A stretch of 64,000 nt of DNA from NCBI RefSeq assembly GCF_016903815.1, contig NZ_CP069973.1; one strand, 5' to 3'. Below, in pieces: positions 20,637 through 29,057 of the stretch. The position numbers were made by a program, and so were the translations under genes. The notes below the pieces were generated by a model. It was not told the origin of the DNA and did no database searches. It worked only from the letters and a program-made list of their open reading frames with translations. This DNA is from Escherichia coli. GTDB lineage: Bacteria; Pseudomonadota; Gammaproteobacteria; Enterobacterales; Enterobacteriaceae. The number at the start of each line of letters is the position of its first letter. Positions within the stretch are counted from its first letter, which is position 1.

Positions 20637-21055
20637 TTTAAATAACCCACAAACTGACCTTCCTTCATTAAGGCGACTTTTCCCGTGTGGTGATAAACAA
20701 TGACGTTATAAAGACCTGACTGATAAACAGTGGCATCTTTATTGTCTTCATCAATTGCACATAATGAATCATTGAGATAAGCAAAGTTCTTACTGCTCAT
20801 TCTAAAGGTCATGCCAAATCCTTTATAAATAGATTTTTTAGCGGCCTGGGCATGTTGTGCGGCTTCTGCATTTTTAAATGCCTGCGCCTCGGATGCACTT
20901 AAAATAGCCGTCTGACGCTGTTGTTCTGCGAGATAACAGGTGTCATGGCTGACGCCCTGCGCCTGGCAATCTGCGATGCGGGAAGTGGGTGAACTACAGC
21001 CAGCCAGTAATATAACCGCCAGCAGGGAAAACGATTTAATGGAACTATTCATCAT
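20633..21055 (-). CDS. Hypothetical lipoprotein (140 aa)
   Basis: Signal peptide with a lipobox, LLAG|C (MMNSSIKSFSLLAVILLAGCSS). The mature part has 4 further Cys and an Ala/Gln-rich helix. It lies 53 nt downstream of the trimeric autotransporter gene on the same strand. Confidence 0.7.
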   Translation of the reverse strand: MMNSSIKSFSLLAVILLAGCSSPTSRIADCQAQGVSHDTCYLAEQQRQTAILSASEAQAFKNAEAAQHAQAAKKSIYKGFGMTFRMSSKNFAYLNDSLCAIDEDNKDATVYQSGLYNVIVYHHTGKVALMKEGQFVGYLK

Positions 21056-21108
21056 TGTTAACCTTAAATAATGTACGGAAAATTGCGAATAAGAAATTGC
21101 TGTTAAAA

Positions 21109-22125
21109 TTAGAACGAATATCCCACGCCGACACCCGCACCGAAATCAGATTGTGTATCCGCAGAAATACCTGCTTTAAGTACCGTATGCGTTCCGGCAT
21201 TAAAAGATGTTCCTACAGACACCGCAGATTCACCGTTGAAGGTTCCCGCTCCCGCTGACACCATCATCAAGTCACCGGTTTTCACCTGTGGTTGTGAGGC
21301 GATAGCGATGGCTGATGCAGTTCCCGCATTGGCTTCTTTACGATTGTCCTCAACTTCGTTTTTCAGAGAATCGAAATGGTTATTGAGCGTGTTAATTTGT
21401 TGGCTGTTATCTGCGACCCGTTTTTGCGTGTTGGTTAACTGTTGCTGCGTTTGTGCGGAATCTTGTCTCAGACTTTCAATTTGCTCATGTGCCTGGACAG
21501 ACTTCTGCGCCAGACTTTGCATTTGTTTATCGTATTGAGCCCTTTCTTTTTGCTGTTGTGCTGCCACATCGGTTGTCAGTGCATTCATTTTCTGCCCTTG
21601 TTCCGTGGTAGTGCGCTGATTAGCCTCATTTTGAGCCGCCAGCCTGGCATTAATCATCTCCTGATAATGCGCGGTATTTTGCGTATCTCCAGTCGCGGCG
21701 AGCGTTTTTTGTGTGGCTACGATCTGCGCCTGTTGCTCTGTAATTTGCGTTTGCTGGGCATCAGTTACCGCAGACTGTCGGGCGTTGATCATGCTCTGAT
21801 AACGGGCGGTTGTCTGTACATCACCTGTAGCGGCAACGGTTTTTTGTCCTGCGTCAGGATCTGTCTGGACAGGGGGAGTCTGAGTGGTATCAGGTGTTTC
21901 AGAAGGGATGTAGTGATGTTCAGTCAAATAGGTATACGCAGCGGGGCTGTTGTCTGTGCGTTCTAAAAAGCGGGTAATCTTCTGCTCAATCTCCGATTGC
22001 GACATGCCAGAGTTAATGGCTGAAAGCTCTGTTGCCGCCGCTTCAATGGTATCACCAGCTAAAACAACAGGGCTGGATGTTGCTGAAATTATGAGTGCCA
22101 GTAAAGCTACGTTTACAGTTTTCAT
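21109..22125 (-). CDS. Short, headless trimeric autotransporter adhesin-like protein with a YadA-type C-terminal membrane anchor
   Basis: 338 aa. It has a Sec signal (MKTVNVALLALIISATSSPVVLA|GD) and a Gln-rich coiled-coil stalk. The stalk contains two ~40-aa repeats, QKT(V/L)AATGD.Q.TA.YQ.MINAR. The C-terminus AGTASAIAIASQPQ...GDLMMVSAGAGTFNGESAVSVGTSF...LKAGISADTQSDFGAGVGVGYSF aligns with the YadA anchor (AGIASALALSSLPQ...SVGYQW). Confidence 0.85.
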   Translation of the reverse strand: MKTVNVALLALIISATSSPVVLAGDTIEAAATELSAINSGMSQSEIEQKITRFLERTDNSPAAYTYLTEHHYIPSETPDTTQTPPVQTDPDAGQKTVAATGDVQTTARYQSMINARQSAVTDAQQTQITEQQAQIVATQKTLAATGDTQNTAHYQEMINARLAAQNEANQRTTTEQGQKMNALTTDVAAQQQKERAQYDKQMQSLAQKSVQAHEQIESLRQDSAQTQQQLTNTQKRVADNSQQINTLNNHFDSLKNEVEDNRKEANAGTASAIAIASQPQVKTGDLMMVSAGAGTFNGESAVSVGTSFNAGTHTVLKAGISADTQSDFGAGVGVGYSF

Positions 22126-22159
22126 TCATTTTCTCTTGTTCAAAATAAGTCGCATTAAT

Positions 22160-22174
22160 GTTTCTATAAGAAAC
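22160..22174. promoter_or_regulatory. Perfect palindrome GTTTCT-ATA-AGAAAC just upstream of the trimeric autotransporter gene start (candidate operator)
   Basis: Read directly from the sequence. It lies 35-50 nt upstream of the ATG at 22125 on the minus strand. The same hexamer recurs at 22288, 22301, 22391 and 22437. Confidence 0.4.
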
Positions 22175-22284
22175 AAATAATATTGTTTTAAGAAATAAAC
22201 TGCGTTGCAATTTAATCGAAATCTACGCCGCCATTTGTGTGATGTAAAGCGCATTTTTGTCTGGTGTAAGCGTAAACACCACCA

Positions 22285-22309
22285 ATAAGAAACAAAAAAT
22301 GTTTCTTAT
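22285..22309. promoter_or_regulatory. 9-bp perfect inverted repeat ATAAGAAAC-N7-GTTTCTTAT (candidate operator) in the divergent intergenic region
   Basis: Read directly from the sequence. It shares the AGAAAC/GTTTCT half-site with the palindrome at 22160-22174. Confidence 0.4.
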
Positions 22310-22491
22310 ATAAATAAAATCGAAAATCATTTTGTGCTCTTTCAATGTAAAAAAGAGTAAAGACTTGTTTTGATAAGCGAAATAAATTCTGTTTCTGGAC
22401 TAAACGTGAAGCGGTTCCTGATGTGTGCTAAAATGCGTTTCTTTGATAAATCTCAATTTTTAAGAGGTTTACGCCAGGCAGGAAAATTTAA

Positions 22492-22854
22492 ATGAATGAA
22501 TTTGAGAAGATTTTTAATGAAATGAATCTGGACCGGGCATTGCTACCGATCCTTTTTCGTTCGAACCGGTCAACAGTGTGGAAATATTTAAGTGGCGATA
22601 GTACGGCTCCTGCCTCAGCTATGTCACTGATTATGCTGTTGCAGTTAATCCAGAAACGAAACCCCGATCTGTTAGCCGAATGGTTAACGCTTTCTGATTT
22701 CACCATTCCGCCAGAAGTTTACCTGGACCAGCCTGATTACTGGAAAGGGTGGGTGTATACGCAACACAAGGTCAATAAAAACGTCCTGGAATATCTAAAA
22801 AAACATTATCCGGATGAAGACCAAAAAAACATGAATAAAGGTAGTGACGAGTAA
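22492..22854 (+). CDS. Small HTH protein with an MqsA/XRE-like DNA-binding segment, divergent from the trimeric autotransporter operon
   Basis: 120 aa. LFRSNRSTVWKYLSGDSTAPASAMSLIMLLQLIQKRNPDLLAEWL resembles the MqsA-type HTH pattern (..FSRYE.G...P......LL..L...P.LL). AGGA lies 9-10 nt upstream of the ATG. A candidate extended -10 element, TGcTAAAAT, lies at 22426-22434. Confidence 0.55.
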   Translation: MNEFEKIFNEMNLDRALLPILFRSNRSTVWKYLSGDSTAPASAMSLIMLLQLIQKRNPDLLAEWLTLSDFTIPPEVYLDQPDYWKGWVYTQHKVNKNVLEYLKKHYPDEDQKNMNKGSDE

Positions 22855-22875
22855 TTTGCCAATGCCAGTTAATAT

Positions 22876-23038
<163 letters not shown>

Positions 23039-23046
<8 letters not shown>

Positions 23047-23497
23047 TGACCGCACGGATGATCAGCGTTATCCCTTCTATCGCAATGACTTCAACATGCG
23101 TACCTGCACCGAGATCCTCGCTGGCGCTGACAGGCCATGAACTGTCACCGACGCGCATATGACCGCGCCCGTTGACCAGTGGAGATTCCAGCACAAAACG
23201 TCGGCCAATCAGCTGCTGCCCGCGCTGGTTTAAATGACTGTCGCTGTGCTTTTGTTCGCGCACCCGCCGCGACAACCATTTCCACCACAGCCAGGCGGCG
23301 AGCAGCGTCAGGACGGCAAACATCACCCCTTGCCACTCCCAACCCAGCGGCAACAGCCAGACCACCAGGCCGGTAATCACCGCTGCCACGCCGCTCCACA
23401 ACAGATAACCATTGCCGCCCAACATCTCGGCTGCCAGCAGCAACCCGCCGAGACTGAGCCAGAAAATATGTGGATGAACGACCATTAACTCCATCAT
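23039..23497 (-). CDS. ybbJ: NfeD-family inner membrane protein, partner of QmcA
   Basis: 152 aa, [28 protein letters not shown]... It has TM helices and a C-terminal OB-like soluble domain. An ATGA overlap links it to qmcA. Confidence 0.9.
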
Positions 23498-24411
23498 GGC
23501 TGAGTCCGCTTGTTGGCGCTGTCTTTCACCAGCTCGGCAATCCCGGCAATCGACCCCATCAGGCTGCTGGCCTCTAATGGCATCATCACTACTTTGCTGT
23601 TACTGGACGAACCGATCTGCTGTAACGCTTCGGTGTATTTCTGCGCTACGAAGTAGTTCACCGCCTGAATATCGCCGGAGGCAATGGCTTCAGACACCAT
23701 TTTGGTGGCGCGGGCTTCTGCTTCAGCGGAACGTTCACGCGCTTCGGCCTGTAAGAATGCCGACTGACGTTCACCTTCCGCTTTCAGGATTTGCGACTGT
23801 TTTTCACCTTCGGCTTTGAGGATTTCCGCCTGACGGATCCCTTCCGCTTCGAGGATGTAAGCGCGTTTGGTACGTTCCGCTTTCATCTGCGCGTTCATTG
23901 AAGAGATAAGCTCTGCCGGTGGGCGCACGTCGCGAATTTCAATACGGGTGACTTTAATCCCCCACGGGTTGGTGGCCTCATCGACAATACGCAGCAGGCG
24001 TGAGTTGATGCTGTCGCGCTGAGAGAGCATTTCATCAAGTTCCATTGAGCCCAACACGGTACGGATGTTAGTCATGGTCAGGTTGATGATCGCCAGCTCC
24101 AGATTGCTGACTTCATAGGCAGCGCGTGGCGCGTCAATCACCTGAATAAAGCACACGGCGTCGATAGTAACGTTGGCGTTATCTTTCGAGATAACTTCCT
24201 GGGAAGGGATATCGAGCACTTGCTCCATCATATTGATCTTGCGACCAATGCGATCCATAAACGGCACCACCAGACTGAGCCCCGGCTGTAACGTTTTGGT
24301 ATAGCGACCAAAACGTTCTACCGTCCATTGATAGCCCTGCGGCACGATTTTGACGCCCGCGCCGACAATGACTAGCGCGACAAAAATGAGAATAGGGATA
24401 AAGATAAGCAT
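23494..24411 (-). CDS. qmcA: SPFH/stomatin-family membrane protein QmcA
   Basis: 305 aa with an N-terminal TM segment, an SPFH domain and a C-terminal coiled coil ([29 protein letters not shown]). It is syntenic with the K-12 gene. Confidence 0.95.
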   Translation of the reverse strand: MLIFIPILIFVALVIVGAGVKIVPQGYQWTVERFGRYTKTLQPGLSLVVPFMDRIGRKINMMEQVLDIPSQEVISKDNANVTIDAVCFIQVIDAPRAAYEVSNLELAIINLTMTNIRTVLGSMELDEMLSQRDSINSRLLRIVDEATNPWGIKVTRIEIRDVRPPAELISSMNAQMKAERTKRAYILEAEGIRQAEILKAEGEKQSQILKAEGERQSAFLQAEARERSAEAEARATKMVSEAIASGDIQAVNYFVAQKYTEALQQIGSSSNSKVVMMPLEASSLMGSIAGIAELVKDSANKRTQP

Positions 24412-24556
24412 CGGAAAAACCTCCTGTTGTACCGTCCATAATCAGCAAAATTGCTGCTTGATTAAACAAATTATACCTGATTACTGAAAGAGAGTTCCCC
24501 CTTATTCCTGCGAAGGATAAACTGTTTTTAGTAAAAATCAGAAAAAGGGAACAGTG

Positions 24557-25234
24557 ATGCAGGAAAATAGTCCTTTGCTTCAGCTACAAAACGTAGGATA
24601 TCTGGCGGGTGATGCGAAGATTCTTAATAACATCAATTTTTCGCTGCGTGCTGGCGAATTTAAGTTAATTACCGGTCCTTCTGGTTGTGGCAAAAGTACG
24701 CTGCTAAAAATAGTTGCTTCATTGATCAGCCCAACCAGCGGAACGTTACTGTTTGAAGGTGAGGATGTCAGCACACTAAAGCCAGAAATCTACCGCCAGC
24801 AAGTGTCTTACTGCGCCCAGACGCCGACGCTGTTTGGCGATACGGTATACGATAATCTGATCTTTCCCTGGCAGATCCGTAACCAGCAGCCTGACCCAGC
24901 CATTTTTCTCGATTTTCTCGAACGCTTCGCCTTACTGGACAGCATTTTGACGAAGAATATCGCCGAGCTATCTGGTGGTGAAAAACAACGCATCTCATTG
25001 ATTCGTAACCTGCAATTTATGCCGAAGGTTTTATTGCTGGATGAAATCACCAGTGCGCTGGATGAAAGTAATAAGCATAACGTTAATGAGATGATCCACC
25101 GTTATGTGCGCGAGCAAAATATTGCCGTGCTGTGGGTGACACACGATAAAGACGAAATTAATCATGCGGATAAGGTGATTACACTGCAACCGCATGCCGG
25201 AGAAATGCAGGAAGCACGCTATGAACTCGCATAA
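24557..25234 (+). CDS. fetA: Iron-export ABC transporter, ATP-binding subunit FetA (YbbL)
   Basis: MQENSPLLQLQNVGYLAGDAKILNNINF..., with Walker A GPSGCGKST, signature LSGGEKQR and Walker B LLLDE. The ATG at 24557 was chosen over the GTG at 24554. Confidence 0.93.
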   Translation: MQENSPLLQLQNVGYLAGDAKILNNINFSLRAGEFKLITGPSGCGKSTLLKIVASLISPTSGTLLFEGEDVSTLKPEIYRQQVSYCAQTPTLFGDTVYDNLIFPWQIRNQQPDPAIFLDFLERFALLDSILTKNIAELSGGEKQRISLIRNLQFMPKVLLLDEITSALDESNKHNVNEMIHRYVREQNIAVLWVTHDKDEINHADKVITLQPHAGEMQEARYELA

Positions 25235-26000
25235 TATTACTAACGAATCATTGGCACTGGCATTAATGCTGGTGGTGGTGGCAATCTTAATTAGCCATAA
25301 AGAAAAACTGGCGCTGGAGAAAGATATTCTCTGGAGCGTCGGGCGCGCGATAATTCAGCTGATTATTGTCGGCTATGTGCTGAAGTATATTTTCAGCGTG
25401 GATGATGCCAGCCTGACATTATTGATGGTGTTATTTATCTGCTTTAATGCGGCGTGGAACGCGCAAAAACGCAGTAAATATATTGCTAAAGCTTTTATCT
25501 CATCGTTTATTGCCATTACGGTCGGAGCGGGAATTACCCTGGCGGTACTGATCCTCTCTGGGTCGATTGAATTTATCCCGATGCAGGTGATCCCTATCGC
25601 CGGGATGATAGCCGGTAACGCCATGGTAGCGGTGGGGTTGTGTTACAACAATTTAGGGCAACGGGTTATTAGCGAACAGCAACAGATTCAGGAGAAACTG
25701 AGTCTTGGCGCGACGCCGAAACAGGCTTCAGCGATATTGATTCGCGACAGTATTCGCGCGGCTTTAATTCCGACGGTCGATTCAGCAAAAACGGTTGGCT
25801 TAGTGAGTTTACCAGGAATGATGTCCGGGCTGATATTTGCCGGGATTGATCCGGTGAAGGCGATTAAATATCAGATTATGGTGACCTTTATGCTGCTCTC
25901 AACCGCCAGCCTGTCGACCATTATTGCCTGCTATTTAACCTATCGTAAGTTTTACAATTCGCGCCACCAGTTGGTGGTGACGCAATTGAAGAAGAAATGA
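25221..26000 (+). CDS. fetB: Iron-export ABC transporter, permease FetB (YbbM)
   Basis: MNSHNITNESLALALMLVVVAILISHKEKL..., 259 aa, polytopic. It overlaps the fetA 3' end by 14 nt. Confidence 0.93.
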   Translation: MNSHNITNESLALALMLVVVAILISHKEKLALEKDILWSVGRAIIQLIIVGYVLKYIFSVDDASLTLLMVLFICFNAAWNAQKRSKYIAKAFISSFIAITVGAGITLAVLILSGSIEFIPMQVIPIAGMIAGNAMVAVGLCYNNLGQRVISEQQQIQEKLSLGATPKQASAILIRDSIRAALIPTVDSAKTVGLVSLPGMMSGLIFAGIDPVKAIKYQIMVTFMLLSTASLSTIIACYLTYRKFYNSRHQLVVTQLKKK

Positions 26001-26006
26001 TGCAAT

Positions 26007-26032
26007 GCCGGATGCGCAGCATCGCATCCGGC
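26007..26032. terminator. REP-like 10-bp stem hairpin between the convergent genes fetB and cnoX
   Basis: gccggatgcg-cagcat-cgcatccggc, read directly from the sequence. Confidence 0.6.
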
Positions 26033-26062
26033 GTTGTGGTTCATGTGCCGATCAACGGAAAC

Positions 26063-26959
<897 letters not shown>

Positions 26960-26977
26960 TTAAGCGCGCGCTTCAAC

Positions 26978-27787
26978 TCACCCCTGCAATATTTTGTCCA
27001 TCACGCGCCCCGGCAGCAGGCGCTTAAGCACCATTACTGCCCAGGTCACCAGCGTTACCGGATAGCGCATCTTCGGTTTCTCGCTAATAAAAGCATGGCG
27101 CACTTTGTCGACCACCGCTTCCGGCCCCAACGTAAAGCGGGCGGCGATGCCGGGATTTTCGACAGGTTTATCACTTTGCGTCTGGTTGACGTTGTCGGTG
27201 AAGCGAGTACGAATGGGACCGGGTTCGATCAGGCTGACTTTAATTCCGCTGTGGCGTAGCTCCATGCGCAGCGCATCCGACCACGCCTCCAGCGCATATT
27301 TACTGGCTGCGTAAGCGCCGCGACCCGGCGTGGAGATTAATCCCATCACCGATGAGGTCATCACAATACGCCCTTCACCGTGCGGTAACATCGCGGGTAA
27401 CAGGCGCATGGTGAGCTGGTGTGCGCCGAAAAAGTTGGCAGAAAACTGCTGTTCCATCTGCGCACGGCTGATGGTGGAAAGGGGGCCATACATGCCGAAT
27501 CCGGCATTGTTAAAGATCCCATACAGACAATTATCGGTCAGGGCGATCACTTCGTCGGCTGCGCGATCAACACTTTCTGGTGAATCCAGATCGATCAACA
27601 CGCCGGTAAATCCCATGCTGTTCATGCGCTCAACATCATCCGGTTTCCGGCAACCTGCCAGCACATGAAAACCCTGGCGTTTTAATTCGAGCGCGCTTTC
27701 CAGGCCAATTCCACTGGAACATCCGGTAATTAAGACCGATTTTTGCATAACTTTACCTGTCAGGATCTCCGTTGCTTTATGAGTCAT
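26978..27787 (-). CDS. ybbO: NADP-dependent short-chain dehydrogenase/reductase YbbO
   Basis: 269 aa with the SDR motifs TGCSSGIG and YAASK. Confidence 0.9.
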   Translation of the reverse strand: MTHKATEILTGKVMQKSVLITGCSSGIGLESALELKRQGFHVLAGCRKPDDVERMNSMGFTGVLIDLDSPESVDRAADEVIALTDNCLYGIFNNAGFGMYGPLSTISRAQMEQQFSANFFGAHQLTMRLLPAMLPHGEGRIVMTSSVMGLISTPGRGAYAASKYALEAWSDALRMELRHSGIKVSLIEPGPIRTRFTDNVNQTQSDKPVENPGIAARFTLGPEAVVDKVRHAFISEKPKMRYPVTLVTWAVMVLKRLLPGRVMDKILQG

Positions 27788-28403
27788 GATTTACTAAAGG
27801 CTGCAACTGCTTCGCCATCCAGTCGGCAATAAACGGCTGGGCGTCGCGGTTGGGATGAATACCGTCATCCTGCATCCATTGTGGCTTGAGGTAGACCTCT
27901 TCCATAAAAAAGGGCAGCAGCGGAACATCAAACTCTTTGGCGAGTTTGGGGTAAATGGCGCTAAAGGCTTCATTATAACGGCGACCATAGTTTGCAGGCA
28001 GACGTATTTGCATTAACAATGGTTCAGCGTTGGCGGCTTTGACATCCTGCAAAATCTGGCGCAGCGTTTGCTCGGTTTGTTGTGGCTGAAAACCACGCAA
28101 ACCGTCATTGCCGCCCAGTTCTACCAGCACCCAGCGCGGCTGATGCTGTTTCAGCAGAGCCGGAAGGCGCGCCAGCCCTTGTTGCGAGGTGTCGCCGCTG
28201 ATGCTGGCATTGACTACCGACGTTTTACTCTGCCACTTATCATTCAACAAGGCAGGCCAGGCCGCGCTGGCAGACATTCGATACCCGGCGCTCAGGCTAT
28301 CACCCAGAATCAATAACGTGTCCGCTGCGGCGGCACGGAAGGTTAACAGGACCAGGAACAGGAAGGGCAAATGCCAGCGGAAAACATTGTTGAAGTTCAT
28401 CAT
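27777..28403 (-). CDS. tesA: Multifunctional acyl-CoA thioesterase I / protease I / lysophospholipase L1
   Basis: MMNFNNVFRWHLPFLFLVLLTFRAAAADTLLILGDSLSAGY (GDSL motif), 208 aa from the ATG at 28403. Confidence 0.95.
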   Translation of the reverse strand: MMNFNNVFRWHLPFLFLVLLTFRAAAADTLLILGDSLSAGYRMSASAAWPALLNDKWQSKTSVVNASISGDTSQQGLARLPALLKQHQPRWVLVELGGNDGLRGFQPQQTEQTLRQILQDVKAANAEPLLMQIRLPANYGRRYNEAFSAIYPKLAKEFDVPLLPFFMEEVYLKPQWMQDDGIHPNRDAQPFIADWMAKQLQPLVNHDS

Positions 28404-29057
28404 CTTAAGAAGTCCGTCGGTCAGGGGGAGCATGAACTCTCCATCCTCACCGGAGTTGAGCTGGTTGTCAAACGTGGCGAGACCATCGCACTGGTGGGCG
28501 AGTCGGGATCGGGTAAGTCAACCTTGCTGGCGATCCTCGCCGGGCTGGATGACGGCAGCAGTGGCGAAGTGAGTCTGGTGGGACAACCTCTACATAATAT
28601 GGACGAAGAAGCGCGGGCAAAGTTGCGCGCGAAGCACGTCGGCTTTGTTTTTCAGTCATTTATGTTAATTCCTACCCTTAACGCGCTGGAAAACGTCGAG
28701 CTTCCGGCGCTGCTGCGTGGTGAGAGTAGCGCAGAAAGTCGTAACGGGGCAAAAGCGTTGCTCGAACAGTTAGGGCTGGGTAAACGTCTGGATCATCTTC
28801 CGGCACAGCTTTCCGGCGGTGAACAGCAACGAGTGGCGCTGGCACGAGCCTTTAACGGTCGACCTGATGTGCTGTTTGCCGACGAACCCACCGGCAACCT
28901 TGACCGCCAGACGGGCGATAAAATTGCCGACCTGCTGTTTTCCCTCAACCGTGAACATGGCACCACGTTGATTATGGTGACCCACGACCTGCAACTGGCG
29001 GCACGCTGCGACCGCTGCTTACGGCTGGTGAACGGGCAGTTGCAGGAGGAAGCATGA
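28371..29057 (+). CDS. ybbA: ABC transporter ATP-binding protein YbbA
   Basis: 228 aa with Walker A GESGSGKST, signature LSGGEQQR and Walker B LFADEP. It is divergent from tesA, and the two 5' ends overlap. Confidence 0.93.
   Translation: MPAENIVEVHHLKKSVGQGEHELSILTGVELVVKRGETIALVGESGSGKSTLLAILAGLDDGSSGEVSLVGQPLHNMDEEARAKLRAKHVGFVFQSFMLIPTLNALENVELPALLRGESSAESRNGAKALLEQLGLGKRLDHLPAQLSGGEQQRVALARAFNGRPDVLFADEPTGNLDRQTGDKIADLLFSLNREHGTTLIMVTHDLQLAARCDRCLRLVNGQLQEEA

Noticed and set aside
21442..21966. A 174-aa plus-strand ORF antisense to the trimeric autotransporter gene
   Set aside because: Its translation is Leu/Cys/Ile-rich, which is the mirror image of the Gln-rich coiled coil. The sense frame has a signal peptide and a YadA anchor.
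28371..28403. A 33-bp overlap between the divergent tesA and ybbA 5' ends, considered as a possible anomaly
   Set aside because: The same head-to-head arrangement is, as far as I recall, the normal E. coli configuration. Both N-termini match the known proteins, so the overlap is not novel.
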